NCBI GenBank assembly: GCA_010909165.1
Contig: VJWM01000063.1
Coordinates: 1,240,001 to 1,304,000, forward strand
DNA from: Anthoceros angustus
Lineage: Eukaryota; Plantae; Anthocerotophyta
DNA length: 64,000 bases
Direction of reading: 5' to 3'
Shown in pieces: positions 1 through 10,762 of this stretch (the first letter of the stretch is position 1; each line of letters opens with the position of its first letter). Made by a program: the position numbers and the translations under genes. Under the pieces are notes generated by a model, which made no database searches, was not told the DNA's origin, and worked only from the letters and a program-made list of their open reading frames with translations.

Positions 1-25
1 GGCCGGGGTGTATGCACTTTCCAAC

Positions 26-2490
26 ATGCCTGTGGCGGCGTCCGCGATCTACTTTTTGAATCTCAGGGGAGATGTGCTCATCAATCGGCTGTATCGCGAC
101 GATGTCGGGTATGATCTCGCTGACTGGATGCGGTGGAGCAAGCTCTTCTTTGCTGATGGATAAGATTAAGTATGTTTCTGCTGGGATACTGCAGAGGGAA
201 CATGGTTGACGCCTTCAGAACACATATCATGCAGACAAAGGATCTGGGGACGTGTCCTGTTCGGCAGATAGGAGGCTGCTCCTTCCTGTACATGCGCATC
301 AGCAATGTCTACATCGTCACTGTCGTCAGCACAAATGCAAATGCCGCTTGTGCCTTCAAGTTTGTTGTCGAGGTGCGCGTTTCTGCCCTGCTTTGCTTGA
401 AGTCAGCTCTCCCGTAAATTTGTTTTTTGCTTCCTTGTCGGTCCGATTCCGATCCTTCGTCTCGTTTTTTGAATATCCAACAACAGGCCGTCTCACTCTT
501 CAAATCTTACTTTGGAGGGGCATTCGATGAGGATGCTATCCGTAACAATTTTGTGCTCATTTATGAGTTGCTGGACGGTAGGCTCTTTAGTCTTCCAGAT
601 TGATGCTTCCTGGTGCAAGTGGAAGAAAGGTTAGGGTGAGGGTAAACGGGGGCTGATTTCAGTGTGCGGTGTCGTCTGCTTTGACTCTTGTAGAGATCAT
701 GGATTTTGGCTATCCTCAGAATCTCTCTCCAGAGATTCTCAAGTTGTACATTACTCAGGAAGGTGTGCGGTCTACTTTCTCCTCTAAGGTAATGCAAAGT
801 CCCTCCATTGACATATGTACGTCAACGCTAGTTCAGATTTTCGTCCCTGTGCTAACAAAATCTCTCTTTCGTCTCTCGTTTCGTTTTGGATTGCCCCTCC
901 TTCAGCCCCAAGATATGAGACCTCCTGTGAATGCCACTCTCCAAGTGACAGGAGCTGTTGGCTGGCGAAGAGAAGGACTTGTCTATAAGAAGAATGAGGT
1001 GAGTCAACTTTCAGGTCATTGTGGAGAACGGGCGCTTTCTGTTTCCTCTCACACGTTTTTGTAACTTATGGGCATCGTATGTGCAGGTTTTTCTCGACAT
1101 TGTGGAGAGTGTCAACCTTTTGATGTCACAGAAGGGTATGTGTGCTATCTGGTGTTGAGTTAGTTGGTCTCCCAGTAATGATCTATCCTCTTCATATTCT
1201 GCCTTTTTTTTTTTTTCCAGGTACAATTTTGCGATGTGATGTCACAGGAAAAATCCTGATGAAATGCTTTCTTTCCGGCATGCCTGAACTGAAACTTGGC
1301 CTCAATGATAAAATCGGGCTAGAGAAAGAAGCTCAAGTTAAAGCCCGTCCTTCAAGAAGGTACTGTTTCATCTTGCATTTCTTTTCTTGTAGTGCTGTTC
1401 TTGTAGTGGAAGTGGAGACTGAGAATCCTGGGTGGGGTATGCAGTGGTAAGACGATTGAGCTTGATGATGTCACCTTTCATCAATGTGTGAACTTGACGA
1501 GATTCAACACAGAAAAGACTGTCAGCTTTGTCCCGCCAGATGGAGAGTTTGAGCTGATGAAGTAAGCTGCAGCACTGATATCAGCTTGTTGATGACGGCT
1601 GGCTTGTACTACAGTTTGTGGTGGTAGTGAGTGAACTCCATTTTCTGGCAGGTATCGAATAACTGAGGGTATCAATCTTCCATTTCGGGTGATTCCAAGT
1701 ATTAAGGAGTTGGGCCGTACCCGGATGGAAGTGAATGTGAAGGTAGTCCTTCGCTGGGTGTCCATTATAGTTGTATGCATCCGCAGAGAGGAGGAGTAAA
1801 CTGTTTTGGTGAACGGTTTGTAATTTGCAGGTCAAAAGTGTATTCGGAGCGAAAATGTTTGCTTTAGGTGTTGTTGTGAAGGTGCCGGTACCAAAGCATA
1901 CAGCTAAGGCAAACTTTCAAGTGACTTCTGGCCGTGCCAAATACAATGCTGCTGTGGATTGTTTGGTCTGGAAGTAAGTACATCACAGGCAGCTAGCCTG
2001 AGTTCTTGCCCTGGTATCTGCTTATGTATGAAAGCTCAATAATAATGATGTTTGCAGGGTAAGAAAATTTCCTGGACAATCAGAACTGACGATGAGTGCG
2101 GAGGTCGAGCTCATCTCAACGATGGTGGAGAAGAAGGCTTGGACAAGGCCACCTATACAGATGGAGTTTCAGGTAATTTGAACGAAATCTCTTCAGTTGA
2201 GGCGTCAGCCTGTTCATCCAGGACTGAACTGAAACGCGGGAAATTGTTCCAGGTACCTATGTTCACTGCATCAGGTTTGCGGGTCCGGTTTCTCAAGGTA
2301 CATACACTTCTCATAGGACGCGTTCAAAAAACGCTAAGGGATTTATTGCTAGCTTTCTCCTCATATGGATGTATTGGGTCCTTGACTAATGCCAGTCATG
2401 TACGAGCAGGTTTGGGAGAAAAGTGGATACAGCACGGTTGAATGGGTGCGGTACATAACAAGGGCCGGCTCGTATGAGATCCGGTGCTGA
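26..2490 (+). CDS. AP2M: AP-2 complex subunit mu (clathrin adaptor medium chain), multi-exon
   Basis: Spliced exons give [43 protein letters not shown]...[25 protein letters not shown]...[23 protein letters not shown]...[44 protein letters not shown] at 26, TGA at 2488-2490, GT-AG introns. Confidence 0.97.
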
Positions 2491-2741
2491 CAAACATATC
2501 AATACAGAACGATCCTAGGGCAATTTGTTTTCTTGAAAGGCTGTATTCTAACAGTCCAATCGTAGCAACCATAATTTCAAAAATAAGTTTGTCTGGGCCA
2601 TTCCAAATTGTATCAGTAGCATTCCCCAGAGCGTTCTTCTGTTGACACAAGTCACGTTTGAGTCCTTTGGTCTTGTAATCCTTCTAGTAAATATATCATC
2701 TGATGGCTTGTTTGCGTCTCCACACATTCATTGTTTCACCT

Positions 2742-2888
2742 GGGGCAGTGCGCGCTTCGACATTTTCACAATTCCACTAGGGCCAGTGCGCGCTTCGACA
2801 CATTCACAGTTCCACTGGGGGTAGTCCGCGCTTCGACATATTCACAGTTCCACTAGGGCCAATGAGCGCTTCGACACATTCACAGTTT
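2742..2888. repeat. 38-bp tandem repeat x~4 (alternating A/B units)
   Basis: Units GGGGCAGTGCGCGCTTCGACATTTTCACAATTCCACTA / GGGCCAGTGCGCGCTTCGACACATTCACAGTTCCACTG and two more, downstream of the AP2M stop. Confidence 0.9.
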
Positions 2889-3297
2889 AAATAGTGGCTG
2901 CTTCAAAGGTGCGAATGGATGCCGAATTCAAGTAGCAGAAAGTTCCACCTCCCCAATTCAGGATTCTGCAATAAGCTAGCCATTCCAGACTTACTTTCGC
3001 TTGAACTAAACGGACGAGGTTAAGTCGCTAAACATGGAGGGCCAGAAGTGGATGCTCGCATCTTCCAAACCCTGCTTCCTGGCTCGTAGCTATGCCGAAT
3101 GCCTCTAAAAGGGTTCAGAGACGGCCCAAAAAAAAATGCAGTGGTTGCAGTGAACCAACCTGATCCTGAAACAGAAAAACGATGGAATCAAAGCAGACTA
3201 GTGAGCACCCAGGTGAACCATAAGTCCTGTCGAGCTCAGCACGACAGGAACCGGCTTCCAGACAGCTGAGTGCCTCGATTTCTGCCACTGCTCCAAG

Positions 3298-3903
3298 TCA
3301 GAGATAGATTCTGTGCGCATCCTTGGGCGACAGTTTCCTCCTACACGATGGACACTTCTTCTGAGTCCGAATCGCCGCGGTAATGCAGTTCCTACAGAAC
3401 AGATGGCCGCACACGGTGGACATTTCCTCCTTCATCACATCTAGGCAGATGGCACATGCAAGCCTCACAGGCACCTGCTGCGCAACTCCCCGCGGCTTCT
3501 TCGCTGCCTGCGGCATCTCCTTGATCACAACACAGTCGTCACTCGAGTCATAATACCCTTGCCGCCGCTGCCCTAGGGCTTGCCCTGCCCGCCCTGGATG
3601 AAGCTCCACGGTCTCCCGATTCCGGCTCCGTTGCATCCTCCTGTCACGCGACGCAGACGCCCTGGCCCGGGCAATCGACTGGGGCGAGGAAACCTGCACA
3701 TCGTCATCCTCCTCGTCGTCCAAAATGATGGTGGCGTTGCCTGGCATGTTGCTCCCCTGCCCAGACGCACTCTTCTCCTCCGAGTCCTCCCGCTCCTCCC
3801 GCAAGGGCAGATTAAGATCCACTATCTGCCTGTCCCGTTTCCGTTTCCTGCTCACCACCTCCTCCCCGGACGTTGCCTCCGCCCTGCCGCCCCCCGTTGC
3901 CAT
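3298..3903 (-). CDS. RING-HC E3 ligase, RNF4/STUbL-like (SUMO-targeted), single exon
   Basis: C-terminal C3HC4 RING CAICLDVMKEEMSTVCGHLFCRNCITAAIRTQKKCPSCRRKL. SIM-like hydrophobic/acidic motifs upstream (IVDLN, IILDDEEDDDV, CVVIKE). Start taken at ATG 3903 (GCCATGG); alternative in-frame ATG at 4005. The track start at 4047 is a GTG. Confidence 0.85.
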   Translation of the reverse strand: MATGGGRAEATSGEEVVSRKRKRDRQIVDLNLPLREEREDSEEKSASGQGSNMPGNATIILDDEEDDDVQVSSPQSIARARASASRDRRMQRSRNRETVELHPGRAGQALGQRRQGYYDSSDDCVVIKEMPQAAKKPRGVAQQVPVRLACAICLDVMKEEMSTVCGHLFCRNCITAAIRTQKKCPSCRRKLSPKDAHRIYL

Positions 3904-4776
3904 GGCCGTCACGCTTTGCCCATGTGCGGGCCTCCACACTCTCCCACCTGCGTCTGGGACCACCACCCGTGCCACCCCAACATGCAGCCCTTGCCCCAGC
4001 CGCATCGATGCCACCTCCCTGCACCCACTCACGACGAGCAACCACACATGCAGTCAACCACCTCCTTTCAAACCCTACCAGGCACAAGGCTACGACAACC
4101 ACCACGCTACCACTTCGCCACGGCCTGCATCAATTTATCCCAAAACCCAACCAAGCCACACCTTCCGGCCTTCGCCAGTTGCTCCACAATTGCCTGCGAG
4201 CTTCAATTCCTCGCCCCTGAACTGGATACTACTTCACGAAATACGAAGGATCGCTGCTCCTCCTTCTTCTTCTGGGACCTTCCTCCTCCAAGCTCAGCCC
4301 TCAAGATGGTACACACAACAAATTAGGTCGTGACGATGTCCATATATACAAGCAACAACACATCGTTAATCAGCACCACCACTGCGATGATGCTATGGCA
4401 TACATGCCCTTTGTTGCAGTGCCACACCCGGCGAGTTACGGATTTTGTGAGTGGCCCACAACTTGCTCGCGTCTTCCTTACGTTTCTATCCTTTCTGGAG
4501 GAGTCGACTGCTCAAGACTTTAGTGCCGACTGCTACGTTCCATTCCCGGACACGATCCGATCCGATCCGTTCATGCAACATCTATGTCAAGACTTTCTTT
4601 TGCCGCAGCAGCGGATACCTCGGCTCCGCACCATATTCACAACCAGGAAGACGGCTTCAGCCGCAACCACATCGTCACCCCGCTTCACGGGCGTTACATT
4701 AACTTAACTGCGCGCTAACCGCGGTCAGGATGGGGGTTTAGTCTTGTCACATTTGGTGGCATGGAGGAGCCAGGGA

Positions 4777-6803
4777 TCACGAGTTGGGGCCTTGGTCGCG
4801 CGCTTGTCTCAGAGCTTCGATGCATTTCCTGATCTGCAAGAGGGTGGGGGGAGAGTGAGTTGGTGTCAGTACGTGTGATGGGCAGCGCAAAATGCGGGGT
4901 TGGAGAGGGAAGGCCAAGCACCTCGAACAGGCCGTGGTGCATTGCGCATGCTTGCTCGAACCAGTAGAGAGCCGAGTTGTAGTCCTTGATGGCAGCATAG
5001 CAGAGTCCTAGGCCTGCAGGCATGTGCCAGCGTTCTGGAGGTTAGGGTTTGAGGATGTGGGGAGAGCCAGGTGCAAAATGGTGCTGAGGTGAGAAGACGA
5101 ACCGCTCCGGGCAGCGAAGTGGTACGGGTTCAGTTCCAGCGTGGTCTTGCAGTCCTGTATAGACTTATCATAGTCCTGCCATGGAGCTTGGTTCAGTTCT
5201 CGGCTAGGTTGAGCAGGAACATGAACAGGACGATAGGGTTTGTGATAGGACGGCACTTACTCCCATGAGGTAGTGAACAGTTGCCCGCTTGTTGTAGCCT
5301 TCCGCAAAGGAAGGTGCCTGTTCTATTACCTGGGCAGGGAAGGGATGGTGAGATGATGAGGGTAAAGGAAAATGACAACGCTGCGAAATGGTGACAACCT
5401 GTGTGAAGATATCCCTGGCAGCAGCATATGTGTCTGATTTCTGAAGGAAATTGACTCCCTTCTGCACAGGAGGATTGGTTCCGTCTTAACTATCATGCTG
5501 CCGATGACAGCGGTCAGGGCAATTAGCTGTGAAGAGCTCACCTGAAGGAGTCCGTCTGCTTCAGGATTTCCTGAACGCATGAAGATTTTCCACAGTGCCT
5601 GAAACGGATTGGATGTGATCAGTTTGCACATCCACATCACACCAATGGAAATAATGGAGAGGACCTAAGTGCACCTTTTCTGTTCTGTACATGACTGCAG
5701 CATTGCTGTCCAGTAGCCCGGTTATCAAGCTCGATAGCACTCGTCCGTCTCCATGTTCTCCCAGTGCCTTCAGCAGCCCGATACTGGCGGTCAGCACACG
5801 AACTAGAAGGGTCCCAGACACAGGCAGAGAGGACTCTCCTACCACCGCAACTTACATCAACAGCTTCAAGCTTCTGGCTAAGGTCCCCTGTTTTCAGCTG
5901 ATCCACCTTCCGCAGCAGAAACTGGAAAGCACAGAGACAACAGTGAATAAAAAGTGTCCACCACCCAACAACAGGTGGCTGAAACACTACAACCCCCAGA
6001 CACAAGTGGAACTGACCTGCTCGGTAGGCGTTAGCTGACCCTTCAAATCCTCCAGCTGGTCCCGCAACCTGGGCAGAAGCTTTACAGCCATCATCCTTGA
6101 CTGCAATCGGTAGCCTATCTGTATGACACCGGTAGTTACCAGACCTACCTACGATCACTGGAGCAAGAGGTAACAAACATAGCAAGTGCAAGCACCTCTT
6201 CGCTTCTGCATAGTTCTCCTCTGATACCACCACTGCCAGCTGCCTGCAACACAGTCACATCAGGGAAACAACCACCCAAAATGTAATAACTCCAACACAG
6301 GAGCTGCATCCATACCTTCCCAACAGATATATTCGTTCCCACACATCTGCCTCCTCTACTCCCATATCCATGTCATGTGGCACAGCACAGAGCTGCTGCT
6401 ACAGTTTCAATTTTCAGTGAACACCAAGACACCACTTTCCAGGCTTCCACCAAAGACGCAACGCAAAAACACACCTTCCACATGCTGCCTACAGGTGCCG
6501 GTAACCTCATCACACCCATCTTCTTCTTCACCACATACCCAGCATAACCAGTGCTCACTGATGGTTGCTCAGATAGAATTCCTACAACAAACGGTGAATT
6601 CCGTGAACGTTACCCTCACTTCCAAATTGACTGTTTCAAACGACAGCCACAACCAGCAAACAACAGAGGGAAATACAAGGGTGCCCATTACTGGAGCCAG
6701 AAGATGTGCAGCTGACACAGGATACCCAATCCCCCATGGATGGAGCCATCCGCGGGGCACTCGTGAAGCCCATCTTCAGCCCAGATGTGTTGACGGCCGC
6801 CAT
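4777..6803 (-). CDS. UVR (UvrB/C motif) + HEAT-like + TPR protein, multi-exon, possibly plastid-targeted
   Basis: Hand-spliced: ...ERIYLLGRQLAVVVSEENYAEAKRLRDQLEDLK (UVR)...EAVDALGEHGDGRVLSSLITGLLDSNAAVMYRTEKALWKIFMRSGNPEADGLLQKG (HEAT-like)...VIEQAPSFAEGYNKRATVHYL..DYDKSIQDCKTTLELNPYHFAARSGLGLCYAAIKDYNSALYWFEQA (TPRs)...DQGPNS*. The 3' exons are solid. The 5' start (ATG 6803, MAAVNTSGLKMG) is tentative. Confidence 0.75.
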
Positions 6804-7185
6804 ATATGTAACGCTACCACATACCCAATCCCCTCAATTCCTTAACCGCTACAGCATCAACCTTCCAAGCTTCAAGGCGTACCCGAGAGGCCCAGCTGCC
6901 AACCAACTCACAATCTCCAGCAGTTCCAAAATAATTAGATCTGACACTTGGCACTGGCAATGTCCCAGAGCTATGCTGTGGTTTCTAGTTCGTTCCTGCG
7001 TTTCATGAGCCAACGGAGGTAACCAGTGAGCATGAGGCGAGCTCGAACTCCATTTACAAGTTTGGTTTCTCATTTTCTTTTCAAGCTACTTATCGACCAA
7101 TTTTTAGGAATTAAGAGCCACTGAGGGAGAGATGATTTGGGCGTTGAAGGCAGCTTGGCGCACCAACTCGTTCGTCCGAGCCTAT

Positions 7186-7550
7186 AGCTGAACAAAGCAG
7201 TGCGTACCGCTCATGATTTGCCTACACCTCAACTCAACTCTATTTTCACTAAAAACTCGTTTGTCAAAGTCTATCGCTGAACAAAGCAATGCATACGATG
7301 GGTGATTGCCTGTATTTAACTCCATCGCTTAGCGAAGTAGGGCATATGATGGATGATTGCGTGCATCTCAACTTCATCACTGAACGAAGCAATACACACG
7401 ATGGATGATTTTCTGCATCTCATTCTCATTGAAAAATCGTTTGCCTGCATCTCATTCTCATTGAAAACTTGTTTGTCTGCATCTCATTCTCATTGAAAAC
7501 TTGTTTGTCTGCATCTCATTCTCATTGAAAACTCGTTTGCCTGCATCTCA
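7186..7550. repeat. Composite minisatellite: 51-52-bp units followed by 32-bp units
   Basis: GCTGAACAAAGCA...-type units at 7186, 7276, 7327, 7379, then CTGCATCTCATTCTCATTGAAAACTCGTTTGC x4 from 7413. Confidence 0.85.
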
Positions 7551-7692
7551 ACATGTATTGGCCAAGTTATATACACAATTAATTATACATGAGTAAATAG
7601 AATAGTCATTAATTTTGACATATAAAATATAGATGGTAATTCAAGATGCAATAAAAATTTAATCTAAATATTATATAATTTATAATATCAAG

Positions 7693-7714
7693 ATATATAT
7701 ATATATATATATAT
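7693..7714. repeat. (AT)11 microsatellite
   Basis: Direct reading. Confidence 0.9.
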
Positions 7715-8296
7715 CATAGATAAGAGGCATTTGATGTTTAAGAAAACTGAAGATGGTATGGATATTTTTCCTTCTTCCATGTACTGTAGATGGTAGATCA
7801 ACATAGCCTTAAGAAGTGAATCAATTCTCAATCTAAATGCTAGATAAAATTAAAATATTCGATATATTTATTGTAACCTAATCTAATACCCAAAGTGTCT
7901 TTGATTCATATCACATCGAGATAAGAAGCATTTGATTTAAGAAAAACTAAGTTGGTACCAGTATGTTCCTTCTACCACTTCCTGTTAAAAGATCCAAAAT
8001 TTTTTGAGTCCAAGAATGTATAATTGTACATATAATATCCCAATCACAGGTGTTCAGAATTGTTAGAATCCAAGAATATATAATTGTACATATAATGTTC
8101 CAACAATAGGTGTCGAGGATAAACTTCATAATTTCGACCCAACTCAAAATATTTTCTCCAATTCATCGTGCAATGATAGTTGTTTTAAGCATAAGATCAA
8201 TGGAATATCTTGTTCTCCCCTTATATTTTGCTGCGCAAGTATAGGTTGCCAAAAATATCCCTCATAGCCTCCTATGTTTTCAAAAAGTGATTCCCA

Positions 8297-8565
8297 TCTA
8301 CATCTTCTGTAGATTAATGTTTTTCTAGAAGTAAATGAACTTGTATGTGTCTCACAAAATCATGACAGGTAATATCACCATTTGGAAGAGTCATGTTATG
8401 TGTACCATCTAGGACATCGGAAACAATTTGATTTCTATCCTGAGATACTTGAGGAGTATTCTTTGTCTCTATGACATAGAAGAGGACATCTATTTTGTCC
8501 AGCACAAAGTATTGCACCCAACAAAGCCTTCAATTAACATAAAATGAAGTCAATGTATGCCATCC
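8297..8565. repeat. Decayed dispersed repeat, copy 1 (homologous to 15993-16620)
   Basis: TACATCTTCTGTAGATTAATGTTTTTCTAGAAGTAAATGAACTTGTATGTGTCTCACAAAATCATGACAGGTAATAT aligns with 15993 onward; CACCCAACAAAGCCTTCA is shared with ~16540. Confidence 0.7.
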
Positions 8566-8578
8566 AACAATGAAGAAA

Positions 8579-9600
8579 TGGAGACTTTATAAAATGGACG
8601 AGATGAGAAAACCCATCTACCCCAAGCCGATGGGGAACACCCCATTAAAGGGCCAAGGGCCAAGGGAGGCTAGCCCCCCCTGAATGTCGATCCCGAAACT
8701 ATCAACCGCCCCAAGTATGTCAAGGTTAGAGATAAGAAAAGGCCTACCTACAATCGGTGCCGCTAATGCCGCGTCTCCCGCGCTCGATGTCGTCCTGCAA
8801 ACAGCGTTGGCCAACGCCCTCTACAGGGTGATGGAAACCTACTGTCGAAAGAAAGCCACCACATAGGAAAGGGGGAGACCCGCCCCGTTCCGTCGACCGT
8901 GGTAGGCCATAGCACAATCCTTTATGAGCCGTCCGAAATCCTTGCCCATGGCCTCGTGGGTCTCGATGGAGAGGGGGATGAAGGTATGGCCATCCTGCAT
9001 AGGCATGTACTTGTGTACTTTGGATGTTACACATCCCTTCGCCGCCGAACCCGAAGGATTGATGATGACGTGCTCACAAACGGTGTTCCGGGTAGGGTCC
9101 GTTACAACTACATCTGCAACAAAGATTTGATCCCCCTTGGTTAGAAACAGATCCGCCCTAAGCGACAAGCCATTGCGCAGGGTATATGGGCGCTCCCTAT
9201 ACGGAAGAAATCCTCTCTCCTTGGCCATCGAGAACATGACATCGTGAACGGCATCATGTGCAGCGATACGCTGCCCTCCAGCTAGACAGCGAGCCAAGTG
9301 GGACCCAGAGTCGTCAAGAGGGCCCAACAGAAGCAAAAAGATAGAGAACCAGCCAAAGACGGGATCAAGCCCAGGCGGAACCTCATCGCAGTAGAAAAAG
9401 AGGTTGGTGCGATTCGGAAAGCCTAGATGCACAGCAGAGCCAAAAACCAAGAGCTCGCTCCCTTCCCCGAGCAAGAGCGGACGCAAGCCCGAGCTGGCCA
9501 GGTAGTGGTAAAATCCAGAAGAAGGGCCCTTTGCGCCTTCTCCTATAGAGGGGCCTGAAGGCAATGCAGCCCGTCCACAAAGAGCGTAGAAAAAAGGGGC
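8579..9600 (-). mobile_element. Decayed 3' part of a non-LTR retrotransposon with restriction-like endonuclease (CRE-like clade)
   Basis: Two-frame translation: RSCSGKGASSW...TSFSTAMRFRLGL...CFC[1-bp frameshift]LDDSGSHLARC (zinc knuckle) ...AAHDAVHDV...RE...LRADLFL...VADVVVTDP...KVHKY...FIPLSIET...FFRQ*VSITL*RALANAV. No RT core is present. Confidence 0.75.
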
Positions 9601-9666
9601 ATGGCCGCCCTAGCCTGCGAGGATAAGGAATCCCTAGCCAACCCTAGGGAAACTTGCAAGGGGAAG

Positions 9667-10148
9667 GCCCTTACGGGCTGCCCGTCGTGAGCCTTACGGT
9701 GCCGTCGTGAGCCTTGCAGGCTGCCCGTCGTGGAGCCTTCTGGTGCCCGTCGTAAGAGCCTTCACGGGCTGCCGTCGTGAAGAGCCTGCCCGTCGTGGAG
9801 CCTTCTGGTGCCCGTCGTAAGAGCCTTCTGGTGCCCGTCGTCAAGAGCCTTCACGGGCTGCCCGTCGTGAAGAGCCTTACGGGCTGCCTGTCAGAAGAGC
9901 CTTACGGTGCCCGTCGTGGAAGAGCCTTACGGGCTGCCCGTCGTAGCCTTACGGGCTGCCTCGTCAGAGCCTTACGGGCCGCCTCGTCAGAAGAGCCTTA
10001 CGGGCTGCCCGTCGTAAAAGAGCCTTACGGGGCTGCCCCGTCGTATGAGCCTTACGGGGCTGCCCCGTCGTATGAGCCTTACGGGGCTGCCCCGTCGTAT
10101 GAGCCTTACGGTGCCCGTCGTGAAGAGCCTTACGGTGCCCGTCAGAAG
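9667..10148. repeat. ~25-bp GC-rich tandem array (~20 degenerate copies) with an internal palindrome
   Basis: Consensus AGCCTTACGGGCTGCCCGTCGTGAAG; core ACGGGC-T-GCCCGT is a perfect inverted repeat. Confidence 0.92.
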
Positions 10149-10150
10149 AG

Positions 10151-10333
10151 GCATAAAGCAAGAATTGAATATGCATAAGTAAAATACAAAAGTGTTATGT
10201 AGAGTATATAAGCCTATCCACTAGGCTAAGCACCCCTTCACTTAGACAACCCTTGATATTAATAACCCTAAACATAACTACCCTAGGGTTTAACCCGAAG
10301 CGAGTTAGTTTAACCACGAACACCCTCCCTTAA
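10151..10333 (-). mobile_element. Inverted 3' LTR (truncated, 172 bp) preceded by polypurine tract
   Basis: Minus strand reads TTAAGGGAGGG|TGTTCGTGGTTAAAC..., matching the 10548 LTR with 6 mismatches in 172 bp. The last ~30 bp of the LTR are missing. Confidence 0.88.
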
Positions 10334-10547
10334 GCGCAACGAGCTGAGGGAGTCAGGGCGCGACTGAAGCACGGGAGTCTTCACGTGAAGGAGGCCACGG
10401 CAGGACGGTCACGAGGCAGGAGCTAACAAGCGGGGCTTAAACAGGCACACTCATCAATGAGCAAGGACGTGAGCTGGGGAAGGATGGATTCAGCCATAAA
10501 TCTGACATCCGCGTATGCAGCACTCCTCACCATCATCTTTCAGGCAG

Positions 10548-10749
10548 TATTCGAGGTTAAACTAACTTGCTTCGGGTTAAACCCTGGGGTAGTTATATTT
10601 AGGGTTATTAATATCAAGGGTTGTCTAAATGAAGGGGTGCTTAGCCTAGTGGATAGGCTTATATACTCTACATAACACTTTTGTATTTTACTTATGCATA
10701 TTCAATTCTTGCTTTATGCTCTCTTTTTCCTGCTCTACCATTTTCAACA
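10548..10749 (+). mobile_element. 5' LTR, 202 bp
   Basis: TATTCGAGG...TTTTCAACA (TG start changed to TA relative to the other copy), TATA-like TATATA inside, directly followed by the PBS. Confidence 0.88.
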
Positions 10750-10762
10750 TGGTATCAGAGCC
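10750..10762 (+). promoter_or_regulatory. Primer-binding site (initiator Met tRNA)
   Basis: TGGTATCAGAGCC immediately after the LTR end CA; canonical plant copia PBS. Confidence 0.93.

Noticed and set aside
3580-4333. Overlapping plus-strand ORFs of 248, 202 and 115 aa
   Set aside because: GC-rich antisense shadows of the RING gene with low-complexity Pro/His/Arg translations.
9667-10148. CRISPR-like appearance of the palindromic 25-bp array
   Set aside because: Units are directly adjacent with no unique spacers, there are no cas genes, and the context is eukaryotic.
9777-10178. 133-aa ORF through the array
   Set aside because: It is simply a translation of the tandem repeat and starts at GTG.
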